Assembly: GCA_973895155.1 (NCBI GenBank)
Contig: OZ316894.1
Location: 14,007,580-14,071,579 of the forward strand
Length of the DNA: 64,000 nucleotides
Source of the DNA: Marsupella aquatica
Taxonomy: Eukaryota > Plantae > Marchantiophyta
Direction of reading: 5' to 3'
Shown here: in pieces, positions 49,155-63,549 of the stretch
Numbering within the stretch: the stretch's first letter is position 1
Layout: every line of letters begins with the position of its first letter
The notes under the pieces: generated by a model
What the model was told of the DNA's origin: nothing
Database searches by the model: none
Seen by the model: only the letters and a program-made list of their open reading frames with translations
Position numbers and translations under genes: made by a program

Positions 49155-52100
49155 ATCCCCTTCGCACGAGAACCCAATTTTACAAGATTTTTTTCCTAGG
49201 CCTCAACCCGACCAACCCATGATGGCTTCTCTTCCTGCTTAATAACACACTATCGTAGAACTCTGCCAAGGTAGACTCCACAAATGTATGCCTGAATTTA
49301 TTCCCCTTGAAGTCTCCCACATTTAGTTGTAAACCAGTCGCTGCAAGTGTTTCTTAGTGAGACCCCCCGGAAGTAGAAACGCAATGTTTCTTCTTCTTCC
49401 TAATGCTCATGGCGTCCATGGGTGGAGCACTCACATCCTTTGGCGTTGCCAACCCTTCGGGTGGCTCCTCATCCTTTCCACCACTAATTTCACGAGAGGG
49501 CTCTGGTGTTGCAGTCCCAACATTACCCAAAACCAATCTCGCGTTTGATTTCTGAGACCCTGCTAGAGACACAATGTGGTCAATAATAGCGTTGGGCGCT
49601 AGCCAAAATAAACAATGGAAAAATACGCAGAAATGAACAAACAAACATAGGGACTCACTCTTTTTGGTCTCTTTTTGAGATCCACTTGGGGTTGTTTCTT
49701 GCTTGGCTTTTGCTCTTGGTTTTTGGCTCCTCGCAACTTGGACGACTTGTGTCTCATAAATCTGTTGAAGTTCTATTGCCAACCGATCAATCTCCAAATC
49801 GATCCCCTGCTTCATCTCCGACAAAATATTTTTTGGATCTATATTTTGGGATAACTTGTGGAAAGCATCTTTCTCTGTATCATTGAATGGAATCAACAAT
49901 GCAAAACCTCCCACCTTGCCATCTTTCTTGGGGGAACCTTGCCTTTTGCTGGGTACATAGAGTACCCAAGAAAGTCTCTAGACGCTTCAAGACCTCGAAT
50001 TGACAACGGCCCACTTTTGGAAGGCACCAGGATAGGCCCAAAAGTAGGTCGGGTCACTCCTCTCCATTTTCATATAATATTGATACAGATATTTCTTTGC
50101 TCTCTTATGGTTGACTTCACTCAAATCCTCAGTGTTAGCATACTTGGATTCCCAAATATTGTTGAAGAACTTGGCCCTTATGGAATCACTGTACTTTCTA
50201 AAATCCTCTAAAATCACAGCCCTCAACCCCCTCAACTTCTCAAAAGTAATGACCTCTCCAACCTGTGTTGTAAGACGTTGTTCTGTACACGAAGCCATAA
50301 CTTCACTCAAACACGCCTCTAAGAGAGTAGTGGCTATGCCCTCAATTGTATTCCAAACATGCCAAGTGTGGCACCACTGCTTCATGGGGTCATCTGATAC
50401 TCCAAAGGGATGGAAAAAATGTTTCCTTAACTTGGGAGTACAATGCGCAACAAGCAGCATCCCGGGGTCCTCACTTCTTTTCTTCTGACCCATCATGCGC
50501 GAATAAGTATAGGGTTTTTTTATTGAGTTTAGGGAAATACTTTTAAATTTTTGTTGAAAAACATTTGGGTTATTTTAATCCAATTTTGAGAATTATAAGA
50601 ATCATAGGGCTTTCCAAAATCAGATTTGGAAATATTCTTAGAATATTCTATTAAGTTAGGGGTAAAAAAATTTCATGAAAAAATGTTATTGACTTAAGTT
50701 TTAGGGTGCTTATTCCCCCAAAACTTTGTGCGTGATATGGGACACCTCTTGAATTGAGGCCCCCTAGAGTAGCATACTTTGGAATTTTGGATCTAATGCT
50801 GAATTGGCAGTGAACAAGCAAGCTCTATCCATCGTGCAGAATACAACGTCGGGGGCCTTCTCTGGTTTGAGTCAATCAAAAAGACTACATTTTGGCGCAA
50901 GTGTCCATGAAATCTTCAAACTCTGGGCTCAGCAAGGAAGTGAGCTTCGGAGTTTCCACGGTCCACTCCTTAGCTCGCTCCTTAGTTGCTTCCTTCATCA
51001 TCTGATTGTGACGAAGACCCGTCTCTTTGACAGACCATGGCGCACCGGAACTGTTGGCCTGGGTCTTCATCACCTGAAATTGTTGCGAGTACGACTTGAT
51101 CTTATTTTCACACAAGATATAGACAAAGGCCTCCATCGGCATTTTTTTAGTAAACCACAAACCCTTTCGAGTTCCTTTCTGCGTCTTCTCAAATTTAGCA
51201 TAATTTGTCTCGTCAATGATGGGTTTGTAATACTCAAGATCATGTGCCAAAATCCTCCTGATTCTGTCCACATCAAGAATCCAAGAAGACTCTACTATTG
51301 CTTGCCCCGTCCTGTGAAATTCAACACATTATAGCGCCTGGCGCTAACGTAAACACTACAACTTGAAAGAAAGGAGAATTTGTTCAAGGAAACCAAGGAA
51401 CTTGTGCGTATCAGTCATTTGTGAAGGAGAACTCACTGGTTCACAATATGCATTGCTACTTCAATCTCGATGATAGATTCTTTCTCTCCTTTGAAAATTG
51501 TGCATTGCACTCAAGGATGATACTTTGGATTTTCTGGACTCTCGTTTGTAACTTGCGTCCACGAAAACGGTTGATGATTTCCATAAAAAACCGAGAACAT
51601 TTTGTCCTTAAGGACCAGGAATGCGGGGTCTGCTTCACATTCGGCTTCGAACAATTGGTTCTCCATAACCCAAATCGGATCCCAGTAACATTAGTTAACT
51701 AGACTCTTCATGAAGAGATAACCCTCTTTGTATCCCATGAAGATAGTGCACTTAGTTGAGAACTTGGTGTGTGTGTGTGAGAGAGAGAATGAGAGCTTGG
51801 ACCATAAAGGTATGGTGATGTACAATTTTGTGTTTCTTTGAAGCTTTTGGTGCGGCCGTGGACGTAACCCGGAAGGGGTGAATCAATGTATCTTTGTGTC
51901 GGTGTACTCATGTGCTATGTGTTGCAAGTCTTGGAGATGTCATGTTGTCCGTTTTGATCCTACAAGGCTGGTGCCTACAATGATGATTGTTAAATTGTCT
52001 ATCTGATCTAGTGCTTAAAGGATAGGAAGAGATCCTCTTGCCAAGAGTGGGGGGCCTTCTACAACTCAAATTCCCTACAAATAGTAACATTCATCAAGTA
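49155..52100 (-). pseudogene. 5' half of decayed element gene with ParB/Srx-like motif, multi-exon
   Basis: ~51690-51437 reads YWDPIWVMENQLFE....DPAFLVLKDKMFSVFYGNHQPFSW...HP*VQC.I....IEVAMHIVN (degenerate DGNHR motif), followed by ORF pieces 51271-50885, 50496-49987 and 49914-49354. Confidence 0.45.
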
Positions 52101-52385
52101 TAGTTAGGCCCAAATAACACTAACTCTTTTTATGGAAAAAACATCTACCTCATCTTTTACTTGAACAAACAGCAAAAATTTAACAAGAGAGACTACCTGG
52201 ATGAAGCACTCTGTGCACCATGGTTGCAGAGGGTTAGTCTGTAGTTTGCAGGACATGTGAGCCTTAGCCTTATCTTGAATATCCATCTACAAATGCGCAC
52301 GACAACCTGTCACTCCATTATCTTCTGCAGATGGCCAATTTCTTGTCATAACCTGGCTAAACCAGCCATGAACTTTGGTAGGAAC

Positions 52386-53211
52386 CAGTGTTGGGTGGGT
52401 ATAGAGTTTTCCTTCTACCATCCAGGTAAAGGTCTAGTGGACATCCCTGGCAGGCAAGGTATGCTATTACATTGGTATATAAAATCCCCCCAAAATTTCA
52501 AAATTTAGAGGTTTATTACAAAAAATTCTCAGATTGTAGACTGGGTATAGGTATAGAATTTAGGATGGGCTATACTAGGGTAATAAGGGTATAGGTAAAG
52601 GTAAGTAGATTAATAGCAATGTCCAACGCAAAATTTGAACATGAACACAAATATGTTATCAAGAAAAGTATCAGAAATTCTTAGCCGAATTACTAGGAGA
52701 AATTGGACAGAAATTTGATCAGAAACTTGTAGACAGAAATCCAACCGAAATCATACATTTTAACTCTCACTTTGTGCAAAAGCCATCAACCTGCTGTCAG
52801 CCTCCCCTTGCCAAGTCAAATTAATTTCTACAAGACCACATGAAGGCTCTTCAAACCCTTAATACACCTAAATTCTATGAGTTTTTGTATTTTTGTGATA
52901 GAGTGATTGAGAGAAAGGCGCCTCCCCTATTCATTCCCTAACCCATTACACCTACCTTTTTTTTTCTTCTTCATAAATCAAATCTGTTGTATACCTCCCT
53001 CTCTATATGGGAGGTATAGGTATTAAAACATGTATAGCAAAATCTGTTGTATCTGTTGTCAGGCCAGGTATAGAGGCCGCTATAAGAAGAGCAAATACCT
53101 GTCAGGTAAGGTATTGCACACCAAATTAAATACCTGCCAAGTAAGGTATTGTAATACCTTATGCTATACTGGATGCTATACCTTGCCGCAATAATATACT
53201 CGCCAACACTG
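52386..53211. mobile_element. hAT-like MITE, 826 bp, 8-bp TSD GTAGGAAC
   Basis: TIR cagtgttgg..tata / tata..ccaacactg; gtaggaac at 52378-52385 and 53212-53219; many ggtat/atacc subterminal motifs. Confidence 0.9.
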
Positions 53212-54346
53212 GTAGGAACCCCAAAGGCCCCTCTTCCCCCTGGGAGTTTTCCTTTTTCTGTTGTTGCGGTGCTTGCTTATCTATAAGGTTTTTGCAGAAT
53301 TCTTAAGAAACACTCAAAAAAATTCCAAAGGATTTTCTTGTCTAACTTTCTCAAGGATTTAGAGTCAAGCATGACATCCAGGGCATTATAGGCATGAGGC
53401 CAGCATGGTGATTTCGTGAAGGAACTAGAACCTTTCTGAGCAGCCACGACCTTGGTAAACAAATTGACACAGACAAGGCCGATATGCGAGCCACATGTGA
53501 TGTGATAACAAATAAACTACATCCAATTAGTCAAAAGTCGTTTATAACTAGCAGGGAAATAGATCTCATCCTTGGTGAACAAGTCAACAAAACAAGGGCG
53601 CCATATGAAGACGCTTCAACCATTTTGTGCTGCACCCTTGCAGGGGATTTACCCAAATTACACTTCCTTTACACCCGTCAAAGAAGCTAGTAGCTTACTG
53701 AAGTCCATCAGACGCAATAGAGTCCAGAATTTTTTTTTAATTGAAAATTTTCAGAAATATGAAGCTTAGTTCCCAAGCCTATTTCGCTTGGCCCTGCAGT
53801 AAGTAACGCATGTCACTAAGACTGCCAGGAAGTCTAGAATTTTATTTTCTTTTTCTGAAAAAAATTAATTCATACAAAACAAGGGAAGTACAATCCTTGT
53901 TTACAGCCGAATTGTCAGGGAGGTACTAGGACAGCAAAAAAAACAAATCTTCAGATTCAGGAGAAGTTGCCATTCATAGGCCCAAGATGCTTCACCTGGA
54001 GGTATCACAAGGCAGTAGATATTTTCAATCGTCGTTTATCCAACCACTATTTCTAACAGGAACAACCTGTCTGTGTCAGCTGCCAATCCAGGGAGGGAGG
54101 CTCAAAATTTATGGACTTTGGCTAGAGGTGAGGGGCGGATATACAACTAACGACGCTTGATCAGGCATTTTGTCTTGCTTGCCACATGATATAATCTGTC
54201 AGCAAAACCCCGATGCAGAAGGAAGGTCAAAGAGCTTCGCAGAAGCACCAGGGCGGTCGGAGACTACTCACAACATCCAGAACTTAAGAATGAGGGATGA
54301 TACCAAACCTGTCACCCAGATCCTGAAGGAAGTAGGCAGGACGAAG

Positions 54347-57300
54347 TTATGTGGTCAAGTTATCGGGCAACTGGGTATCGGTACCCATAATCTTGCCTCC
54401 AACATCAGGAAAATATTCATGGCCATCTAGATGTGTGACTTGGCCTTCTAAAGTGACATGATATGGATATAGCAGAAGATGGCCTCTCAGATCTGTGACT
54501 TCATCTGCTACATATTGTTCCCAGTACTTTTCTGCTTCTTCATTAACCTTGTGCACACACTCCAAGCTTGAAGGGTCCTCGAATGATTGATCAAGAAATG
54601 CCAAATGCTCCGCCCACAATCCCATCCGGTATCCATATATCTGGGTAACACAATAGCACATTTTAGGATCAGCGAGAACCACAAAAGTCGAGCTAACTTC
54701 ATGCCACTTTGTTCACAACTTATTAGGCAAGACAGCAATATCCTGTCCTGTTGTTAAGCTATTATATAGGCATTGCGGGGATAATTACTTTACGCTGGAA
54801 ACAGCCAAACACATCAACCGAGCAAACCTGGCCCCGTGGATGCTTCAATGATTGTGCCCAAGAGTGGTGAGGTTGATATGCTCCCATTGCTATCTCAGTA
54901 TCACGTGACCCGTCCATGGATCGCTGATTGATGTTTGCCGATCCTAGAATAACATATTCATCATCGACGATCATACCTTTTGAATGAATGTAAATCATAA
55001 AGCGTCTTGTCTTATGCACTATACCCTGCAAAATCAGGGGTATCCATTGGCTTGAGTATGTGTTCAGCCACCAGTATGTCAAGGAAACACACATCTATTT
55101 ACCCCCCTTTTGCTAGGGCAGAGATGCAATATCAAAAATCACAATCCATTTAAAGTGCGTAAATTCTCCAGCATACCTTTTCAAGAGACAGGACGTACAA
55201 AGCAGGAAGTAACAAAAAGGGGAAAAAGGACACAGATGAGTAGAGAAAGCTTGTAGTAGCGCGATCACCTGCTTGGAATTTGGATCGGGTGGCTTTGCCG
55301 GAGATGGATCTGAGTCACTTTTTGTCTCACGATTGGCCAGGCAGTAAAAGTTAAGATAGTCCCTCGGATGGCTGCCTTCCAAACCTTTGTCACGTATGGC
55401 ATCAGCAATTATTGTGTACATCATCTGAACGGTCTGGGCCTGTACATGGAAGACACGAAACAAAAAAATTGGAAACCTAGACAGTGATATGGGTCAACTT
55501 CTGAGCTCCGCTTCATAATGTTCATCCAACAATAAAATGCTATCCATGTACTTCTATCGATGATAAAGTTTTATCATCGACTTCAGCCAAAACCTCTTGA
55601 ACAACAGTTGCACTTGGCTTTAGGCTCCTCCAAACAGATTCTTTCTTCAGAAGAACCATCCAAGACACGTCCATCGCATCCACGCAAGAGAAAGGATCGA
55701 ATAGGCCCTCACCTGAAAGTACAGAATCTCTTGCACAGACGAGCTGTCGGGAGGACCTTCTGGCCACATAGGGATTAGAATGTATGCAGCAAATCTTTCA
55801 CCAGCTTTGATCTTCTTTGCGATCTTGAGAGCAATCTCCATGGGTATCAAATGATCTGCACCTGCAAGAGCCATGGCCAGCACACAGTACGAATTGTGCT
55901 GATATGAGACACCTCCATACAAAGGACACAGTAAAACAGAAAGAAAAAGGAATAAAGGTGCATCCTTCACCAGAACAAAGATTCCAAAAAGACCGTTCGA
56001 ATCACACTTCAAATTTAAACAATTCACAACAGAAGCAGGAAAGAAAAAGTGGGGGCAGTAATGACACTGGAAAATTCTGTGGATGATGTTAGAGAAAAGT
56101 ATCCAATATAAAAGTTTGAAAATTACCAGCATTTTTATAGTCAGGCCATCCATATGATGAGCCAAGAAAGTACTGGTTTTCAATGTAAATGAAATGCTGG
56201 GCTCCTCGAATAGCTTTGATGTAGGCTGTCTGTATACTCACATCAACAGCAATGTTTTTCCTCCAAACTAGATTCTGAAAGAAGTCAAACCAAATTTATT
56301 TGTCAGTCTTTGTACGAAGCTACTCTCCAGCAAAGTACTTACAGACAATCCATTCACATCAGATCCATTTACAATACTAGAATGAACGACTTAGCGATCA
56401 ACTTAGAAGTTCCCCAAATAACATTTGAAATACTGAAGTAGTAAGTAATAAAGGAGCCATCTATAGAGCTGGAACCTCGAGGAGCGCTCTTTTGTTCAGA
56501 AATACAAATGGTGCTGCGAGAACATCAGTGGTTTCTTCAGGCATTCCGAGAGCTCCGGATGGCAACCGGAATACTAAAAATATTTAATTACAGAGAACGG
56601 ATGACAATTCATTGAGAGCATGTACCTGCTTCTCTGCATCCTGCACTGTTTTTGGAAAACCCTTTGCAGACCCAGAGTCAATCGAACGAAAAACCTGAAA
56701 GCACCATGAAATATTTACTTTGAGTGACATCACAGTCATAAGCGGCACTTTATTATCATGCAACTTTAGTATAACACAGATCACTTTAGGTCCTCCAACT
56801 CTCCCTCTGCAGCCCCTCGATCTCTAAGATATATGACACAAAAGCACATCCATTTGCTAAGAGGTGCCATAAACCTCGCCCGTTATTTGAGAAGAAGTTT
56901 GCCTTAAATATCACTCCAAGCAACATCTAACTCCGGTTTAGTGACCTTGTGTATCGAGATTTCAATAGTAGGAGGTTATCCCTACACCACCTTACTTTTA
57001 ACTCTGTGGTCTCACTCTTAACCATTATGTACAAGGACGAACATTTGCGTCCCGACCATTCCGCATCTTAAAGCCACTTGTCTTGGAAAATAAGAAAATA
57101 CCTGTACATGCCACGTTTCCGGATCGTCATCTTCTGTGACCATAAGATGGCCATCACCCTGGGGTGGGGAATCCTTTGAAGGCCCAAGAATCCAGGAGAT
57201 TCGTCCGATTTCTATCAGCTCGTCATCATGCCATCTCGTTGCTTTCTTCCACCGTTGTTCGAAGTTTGTGAGAACATCATATGCAGCAGGGCCATCGATC

Positions 57301-60075
57301 TTGCAATGAAGATCATGCCAAGGTTGCCTTGGACCCCCGCTGTCTTCAGCCGTCTACAACATGAAGTAGAAGTGTGAGTTGTATAAGAGTCTAAATCTTC
57401 ATGAATTACTACACAACTGATGGCCTGCATGAAGTGGCGGCTGCACAGCACATACACCTATTCTCTCCAGAACATCGAAGCAAAACCTTGCACTCTCCAG
57501 AAACTTTCTCTCAGTTATAATGCCTACCGAAAAAGTCGGTTGGTGATAGTCACCCTTGTAAGTTGTCTCCATATCTTTAAATAGAGGATGACCTGGAGTA
57601 TCATAGCGTCCGTCACATAGATCCAATCCACCGAGAAATGAAGTCAGCTTCCGAGTATTCCCAGGCCCTTGAGAATCAACAATGCAAATCTTTTGATGGT
57701 GTGTATATAGTGTCCCAACTACCTGCGAAAGCGGTAACAGTTGCACTTTAAGATACTCAAACGTCATGTATTTCCTAGACTTTGCCGCTGGGTGACACGA
57801 TTTGGGACCAAGCTTGTCCCAGGTTCCATTCAGTTCTGCCTAAGCAGCTGTTGCAGAGTTAGTAGGTTCATAACAATTCATACTGAACTTACGGATAACC
57901 TACTGACTTGTGGCCGTCCAACTGTTATCAGCACGCAAACTACCTAATAATAATCTGTTTGTGGCCAAAACTAATACTTCTGGACGGCACCAAACGAAAT
58001 GACAACGAATCTATTCCACAATTCTGACAAAGATTCCATAAGACGAATTGCTTCATTCCATCATTAACACCCAAAGGCCCGTTCCAAGCATGCCTCGCCT
58101 ACTCCGGCGTTACTACAGCTAACTAGAGCAACCTAGACACAAAAAAGTGGTCTGATTGAGTTCATGTAAACTTCCAGCATAAGCAAACTCACATACGCAA
58201 ACCGATACAGCTCGTTTTCTCAGACCACGAATTTGTTTTGCCCCACAGCATGCTACGAAGTGTAACCTAAGCAAAGTCGAGACACAGGGCAAGGCGCATC
58301 AGAAGGACGAACCTGCTGACGAAACCAGCTTAGCTTACTGTCACCGTACCTCGGAGCCAGAACACACCTCACAGCTGAATGTCTGAAGTATTTTTTTGTC
58401 TCTTCATCGTGAGTTCCCATCACACCCTCCTGTGTCCCACGATGAACAATTTTAAGAGCATTCCATTCCCGCTAAACGTCGGGAGGTACATAAATTGGAG
58501 CAATTTCATCTCTTAAGACACTTCTGAGCTGTGGGACTTATTAATGCAATTTGGACCCATGATCATATCTATGAGTCTTGATTTCTTAGCTTGGCCTTCA
58601 TGACCAGATCATTTGTGATTCGCACCCTCAACCTTCAGAAATCATTTCTCCCCAAACAGGCGTCGCAGCTTGGATAGGAGGCATCGTTCTCCATGTGTAA
58701 TGATGCGTGCCGTGTGGCTAATTTATCTTGACACAACTGTTTCTCAAACAAAGCTCTGAAAAGACTCATGCGACTCAAATCTACCTGTACAACTAAATGG
58801 ACAGCCTACATTCCATACTGCCAATGCTAACACCGCGACCGTGCATAACAAGAGTTCACCTACTACTGGTTTAACTCATGGGGACCTTCTGCGGGTAACT
58901 TGAAATTGAAATCGCAACCCAGTCACGTTCCATGTCACAGTCCGTCTTCAACTGCAATCTGGTCGATGCATTCACATATGATTGGAAACTCCCCAAACAG
59001 CCTATTCAACAATGGCTACTGTCCGAGAACTGTTCAAACACTGTAAACGAAATAGAGAGGGAAGATCGAGAAAAACCGTCTTAATCAAAGCTTTGTTGTG
59101 TGAAGTCTTGTCATCCCACACCAAAAGCAGCACTCGAACTCCCTCTTTGGACTTCCTTTTCAAAAGCTCGCCCAGGGTCAGATCCCCCCCATCGGGAATT
59201 TTCTTGCTGTAGGTGTCACGCATCAATGAGATCTGGGTATAAATGGACCAGCCCGCAATATATACTAAGTGGTGTGCTTCCAATATTGCCGTACAGATGT
59301 CTTCCCAGCATTTGCGGTGTTGAAATATTTTGCCATTATCAAGAGTGAAGTTCGGAAGAGTTCCATCTTCGACATGCGCATCGTGGTACAACTCAATTTT
59401 GCCTCCTTTCCTAAGAGGAAAATAAGTATTAGGAGTACCATAGTAGTCCGGTCCAGCACTCACGACGTTTCTGTATAAGGGATTTAGGTCGACTGGAACG
59501 TACGCAACCTTAAGTCTCAGTTGGGCACCAGGACGAACAACCTTTCCATTTAATACAACATCATACCATCCCTCCACGGGATCCCCTCTGACGACATTCT
59601 CGGCCGGTAATTCCACATTTCCAATGAGCTGAGCTCCCATGAGATCATTGTCCTTAATGCTAAAGACAATTTCCGAAACGAAGTGTGCCACAGGTATGAC
59701 AAAGTGCTCATTCCAGACTGGATCCTGATTGTTCGTAATGACACGAGTCCTCGCTAACCTGGCTCCAGCGAGGATCACAGAGGCATACGGGTCGCTCGTG
59801 ATAACTTTGCTCCGATGGTGTGACCTCGCGTCTTGGCTGTTGTCGGCCTTCCGAAAAGGTGCTTTGCACACATCGAATACTGAGAACACCTGCCGCAGTT
59901 TTTCCGAGAAGAGGTCCATGTTTGGCAAGCATTTGGCCTGATAGAGCCACACATCGAGGGATCCATGTAGTAGAATTTTTTCTTGCGACCTCAATATCGA
60001 TGGCCTCTCCTCGAGTGGCACATCTTGCAGCTGCGGAGCGCCGTTCGCGTCATGTTGGTAATTACGATCTTCCAT
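54347..60075 (-). CDS. PLDdelta: Phospholipase D delta-like (C2 domain + two HKD motifs), 863 aa
   Basis: 10 GT-AG exons: 60075-59077, 58429-58313, 57722-57528, 57353-57102, 56694-56626, 56274-56127, 55861-55713, 55439-55269, 55025-54828, 54640-54347 (2592 nt). Motifs [51 protein letters not shown]. Confidence 0.95.
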
Positions 60076-60439
60076 TTCTGGTTCCCGATCCGATCGAGAT
60101 CGGGAATTCGGGATCGACAGCCGTTTGGCTAGCTCGTCGCGCCGCTAGACGCAGCGAGAGAAGTACTGCGGATGAAACTAGCCACTTGCTCGGGAAGTGC
60201 ATGTGCTTGAATTAAGGTTCGGTCGGCTGGAATACACTACTATGCTCCAAATGGATCGTCGATTGCCTGACGGAAATGACCAGGAAGGACTAAACAGACT
60301 GTAAAGGCACTATTTCTCCCACACCTTATTGACAGCTCCATTCCAGCTAGCCCCATCGTGCCTTCCCCATAGCCTACGAGAATGTTCCCCGAAAACTCTA
60401 CTTGACTATATATACTCCACAGCACCGCAAAAACTCCAA

Positions 60440-62200
60440 TGTATGCGATGTGCTAACCCTCCCTTAGTGCTGGCAAGATGATAGAAAAGTGTACCCACAT
60501 TTGTTGTGTAGGACTAGCTCAATAGTTACCTGTGCATAGCACAAAAGATGTGGTATAATCACTCTCTCCTAGTGCTGGGCAAGATGATAAAAAAGTTTAC
60601 CCACTTTTGTTATGTAGGACATGCTATTGCACACAAAATGTTGTTACATAAAAGACTAGCTCAATACCCGTGCATTGCACAAAAGATGTCGTGACGGCCA
60701 AGATGTTTTTGAGAACAAAAGATGTCATGTCGGTCAAGAGGTTGTTGAGAAGAAAGATGACGTGTCGGCCAAGAGGTCATTGAGAAGAAAGATGTTGTGT
60801 CGCCCAAGATGTCGGTGAGAACAAAAGATGTCGTGTCGCCCAAGATGTCGTTGAAAACAAAATATGTCGGTGAGAACAAAAGATGTCGTGTCGGCCAAGA
60901 AGTTGATTGATGAGAACAAAAGATGTCGTGTCGGCCAAGAGATTGTTGAGAAGAAAGATGTCATCTCGGCCAAGAGGTTGTGGAAGAAATAGAGGTGGTG
61001 TTGCCAATGATGTCGTAACGCGTTATGCCAAAGGTTTTGTTAAGTATAACAATGTTGTTAAGTACAAAATAGCTCAATACCTATACGTTGCACAAAAGAT
61101 ATCGTGTCGCCCAAGATGTCGTGGAGTACAACCATGTTGTTAAGAACAATGAAATTGTTTTGCCAGTTCAAAGATGTAGTTATGTGAAAGACGTTGTCAA
61201 GCCCGTTGTCAAGTAAAAGACGCAGTTAAGAAAAAAGAAGTCATTTTGCCAAACATGTCGTTAAGTAAATAGTTGTCGTCAAGTAAAAAATTGGCATAAC
61301 TAACAAAAAAGAAGTCGTTTTGTCAAAGATGTTGTTATGTGAAAGATGTCATGAATAAAAAGATGATGTGGTGCCAAATGATTTGTTATGTGAAAGATAT
61401 TGTGAAGTAAAAAGATGTTGTCAAGTAAAAGTGTGCCCTTCGCCAGACACCTTGCCATCAACGTCAGTGCCATGATCTTTACTATGTCTTTAGACCTTAT
61501 CATTGTTTATTTTTTGGCAGTGAAAATGGCACAAAAAATGAATGTAAAAAATCATCCTAAATATTGGGAGAATTATTGTTTTATTTGATTAGTGTATGCA
61601 GTCCCTTATTGATTAAAATAGTATCTGAAATTTAACTCCTACCAATATTACACTAAACTATGCACTATCTCACTCTATTGAGTATCTACACCTTATTGAG
61701 TATGTACAATATTTTCTCCTTATCCTTCATGTTGTGCATTGTGTTAGTGACGCCCCATTTGATTCCTCCTACTTGGACATTGGCGTGACTCTTTTTCATT
61801 CATACTAAACTAAAATGTATTTATTTATATTCCTTCCTTCTACCAGATTTTCTTATTTTTTGTGCCCTGCAAATTTGAATGGCGACCACGGCAGAAAAGG
61901 TGCAACCTTGTATTATAGAAGTTAATAGCTCGATACCTGTGTGTAAACTTTTCCATAAAAGATGTTGTTAAGTAAACATATGTAGTGGCATCAGAGATGT
62001 CGTTAAATAAAAATATGTCATTGTGTAAAAGATGTCATGGCGTAAAAGATGTTGTTAATAGGTAAAATACTGTGGCATAAAAGATGTTGTTAAGTATTAA
62101 AAAGATGACATTATGTCAAAGATGTGATTAGGCCAATTGAAATATGTGGGTAAGTAATGAGACATCCTTAGTAAAAGGTGTTGTCAAGTAAAATAAGAAA
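60440..62200. repeat. Degenerate minisatellite (aaagatgtcgtgtcggccaaga core) with repeated Helitron-3'-end-like motifs
   Basis: ~30-35-bp units, densest at 60680-61000. ctagctcaatacccgtgcattgcac at ~60657 with variants at ~60515, ~61070 and ~61926. Confidence 0.6.
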
Positions 62201-63549
62201 ATTCCAATAATTTTGGAGATGAGTTAGGGCAGAGGATTGTTGCATTTTGTCAGGCCGGCCTCCATGCGCAAGGACAAAAAAAAACCCAGTAGGAACCCGG
62301 TTCTTGGTCTAGGCATGAGTCTGAGTCTGAAACGCAAGACAGAGTCCAAGGGCGAGACTGAGTCCAGGCAAGGGCAAGACCAAGTCCAGGCAAGGGCGAG
62401 GGCGGGGATCGGGTGGGTCATCGAGGCAGGGTTTTAGGGTTGAGTGGGGGAGGGCGAGGAGGGAGAGTCAGGGCAAAAGGGGAGAGCGGGGTTAGAGAGG
62501 CAAGAGGGCGAGAGGCCGGGGGAGCGGGGTTTGGAGGCAGGAGGGGCAGAGGGAGTCGGGAGGAGGGGCCGCAAGGTGGGAAGGCAAAAGGGGGCTGGGA
62601 GGCAGAGGGCGGAGCCAGCCAGCCCTGCCCCAAGCCAGCCAGCCAGTCAGCGTGGGCGGCCGCGAGCTGGGCAGGGCTGGCCGGCGACGGGGGGGTGAGG
62701 ATCACAACTTGCAGCGGCTTGGTGCTGACTTTGCGGCACTGCAATCCAAGTGACAGCTTGAGTTTCCACTTGAGTTTTTTTGTCTTATTGGTTTAATTTT
62801 TTCCAGTTTTGATTTTTTTCACCCAAAACGGCCGGGCAATTTTGAAAGACGACCATGGTATAAATTGGTGCCATAGGGTGTTATAGTTTTTGATAGTTAT
62901 CACAAAAATTATGGAAGATAAATATTACATTTTTGACTTGCATTGAAAACAACATCTTGTTCTCACTTATGCATTGATGGAAAGTAGAGGGATCTATATT
63001 GATCCTTGTGCTTGCATGGGCTTATTTACTAATCATTTCCCTTTTTAGTCGTCTCATTTCACTGTTTCCTTTTTGCAGAGTGTTCCTTCCCCTTTCATTC
63101 ACACTAAACTTTATTATCTTTTATTTATTCCTTCCTCTTTTGCTGGAATCTTTTTTTGGACACTCTATATTTGAATGACGACCACGGTATAAAAGGGCGC
63201 AACCTTGTATTATAGTTTAGGATGTCAATACTCAAAAGATATAATTGCATAGAAAATGATATTTATGCAAAAGATCTCATTGTGCAAAAAAATATAGTGA
63301 AAAAACACTATTATTTGAAAGAATATATTGTGCAAAGATTTAGTTGCATAAAGAGGTAGTTCCACTAAAGAAATTGTTCTGTTTAGTGTTTAATTGCATA
63401 AACTATGTTGTGCAAAAGATGTAGTTGAGTAAATAATCATTGAGCATAATAAATTGGATGACAATTTACAAAGTGAAAGAAAAACATAATAAAAATTGAA
63501 AAGTGAAGAGAATACATATGATGAAGTCTTTATTCATTTCAGTAAAGAC

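Noticed and set aside
60680-61010. Repeat array as CRISPR or a coding repeat protein
   Set aside because: Degenerate minisatellite without unique spacers; ORFs in several frames are repeat artefacts.
62224-62796. Gly/Arg- and Pro-rich ORFs on both strands
   Set aside because: Low-complexity GC-skewed tract lacking stops by composition; no domain or splice support.
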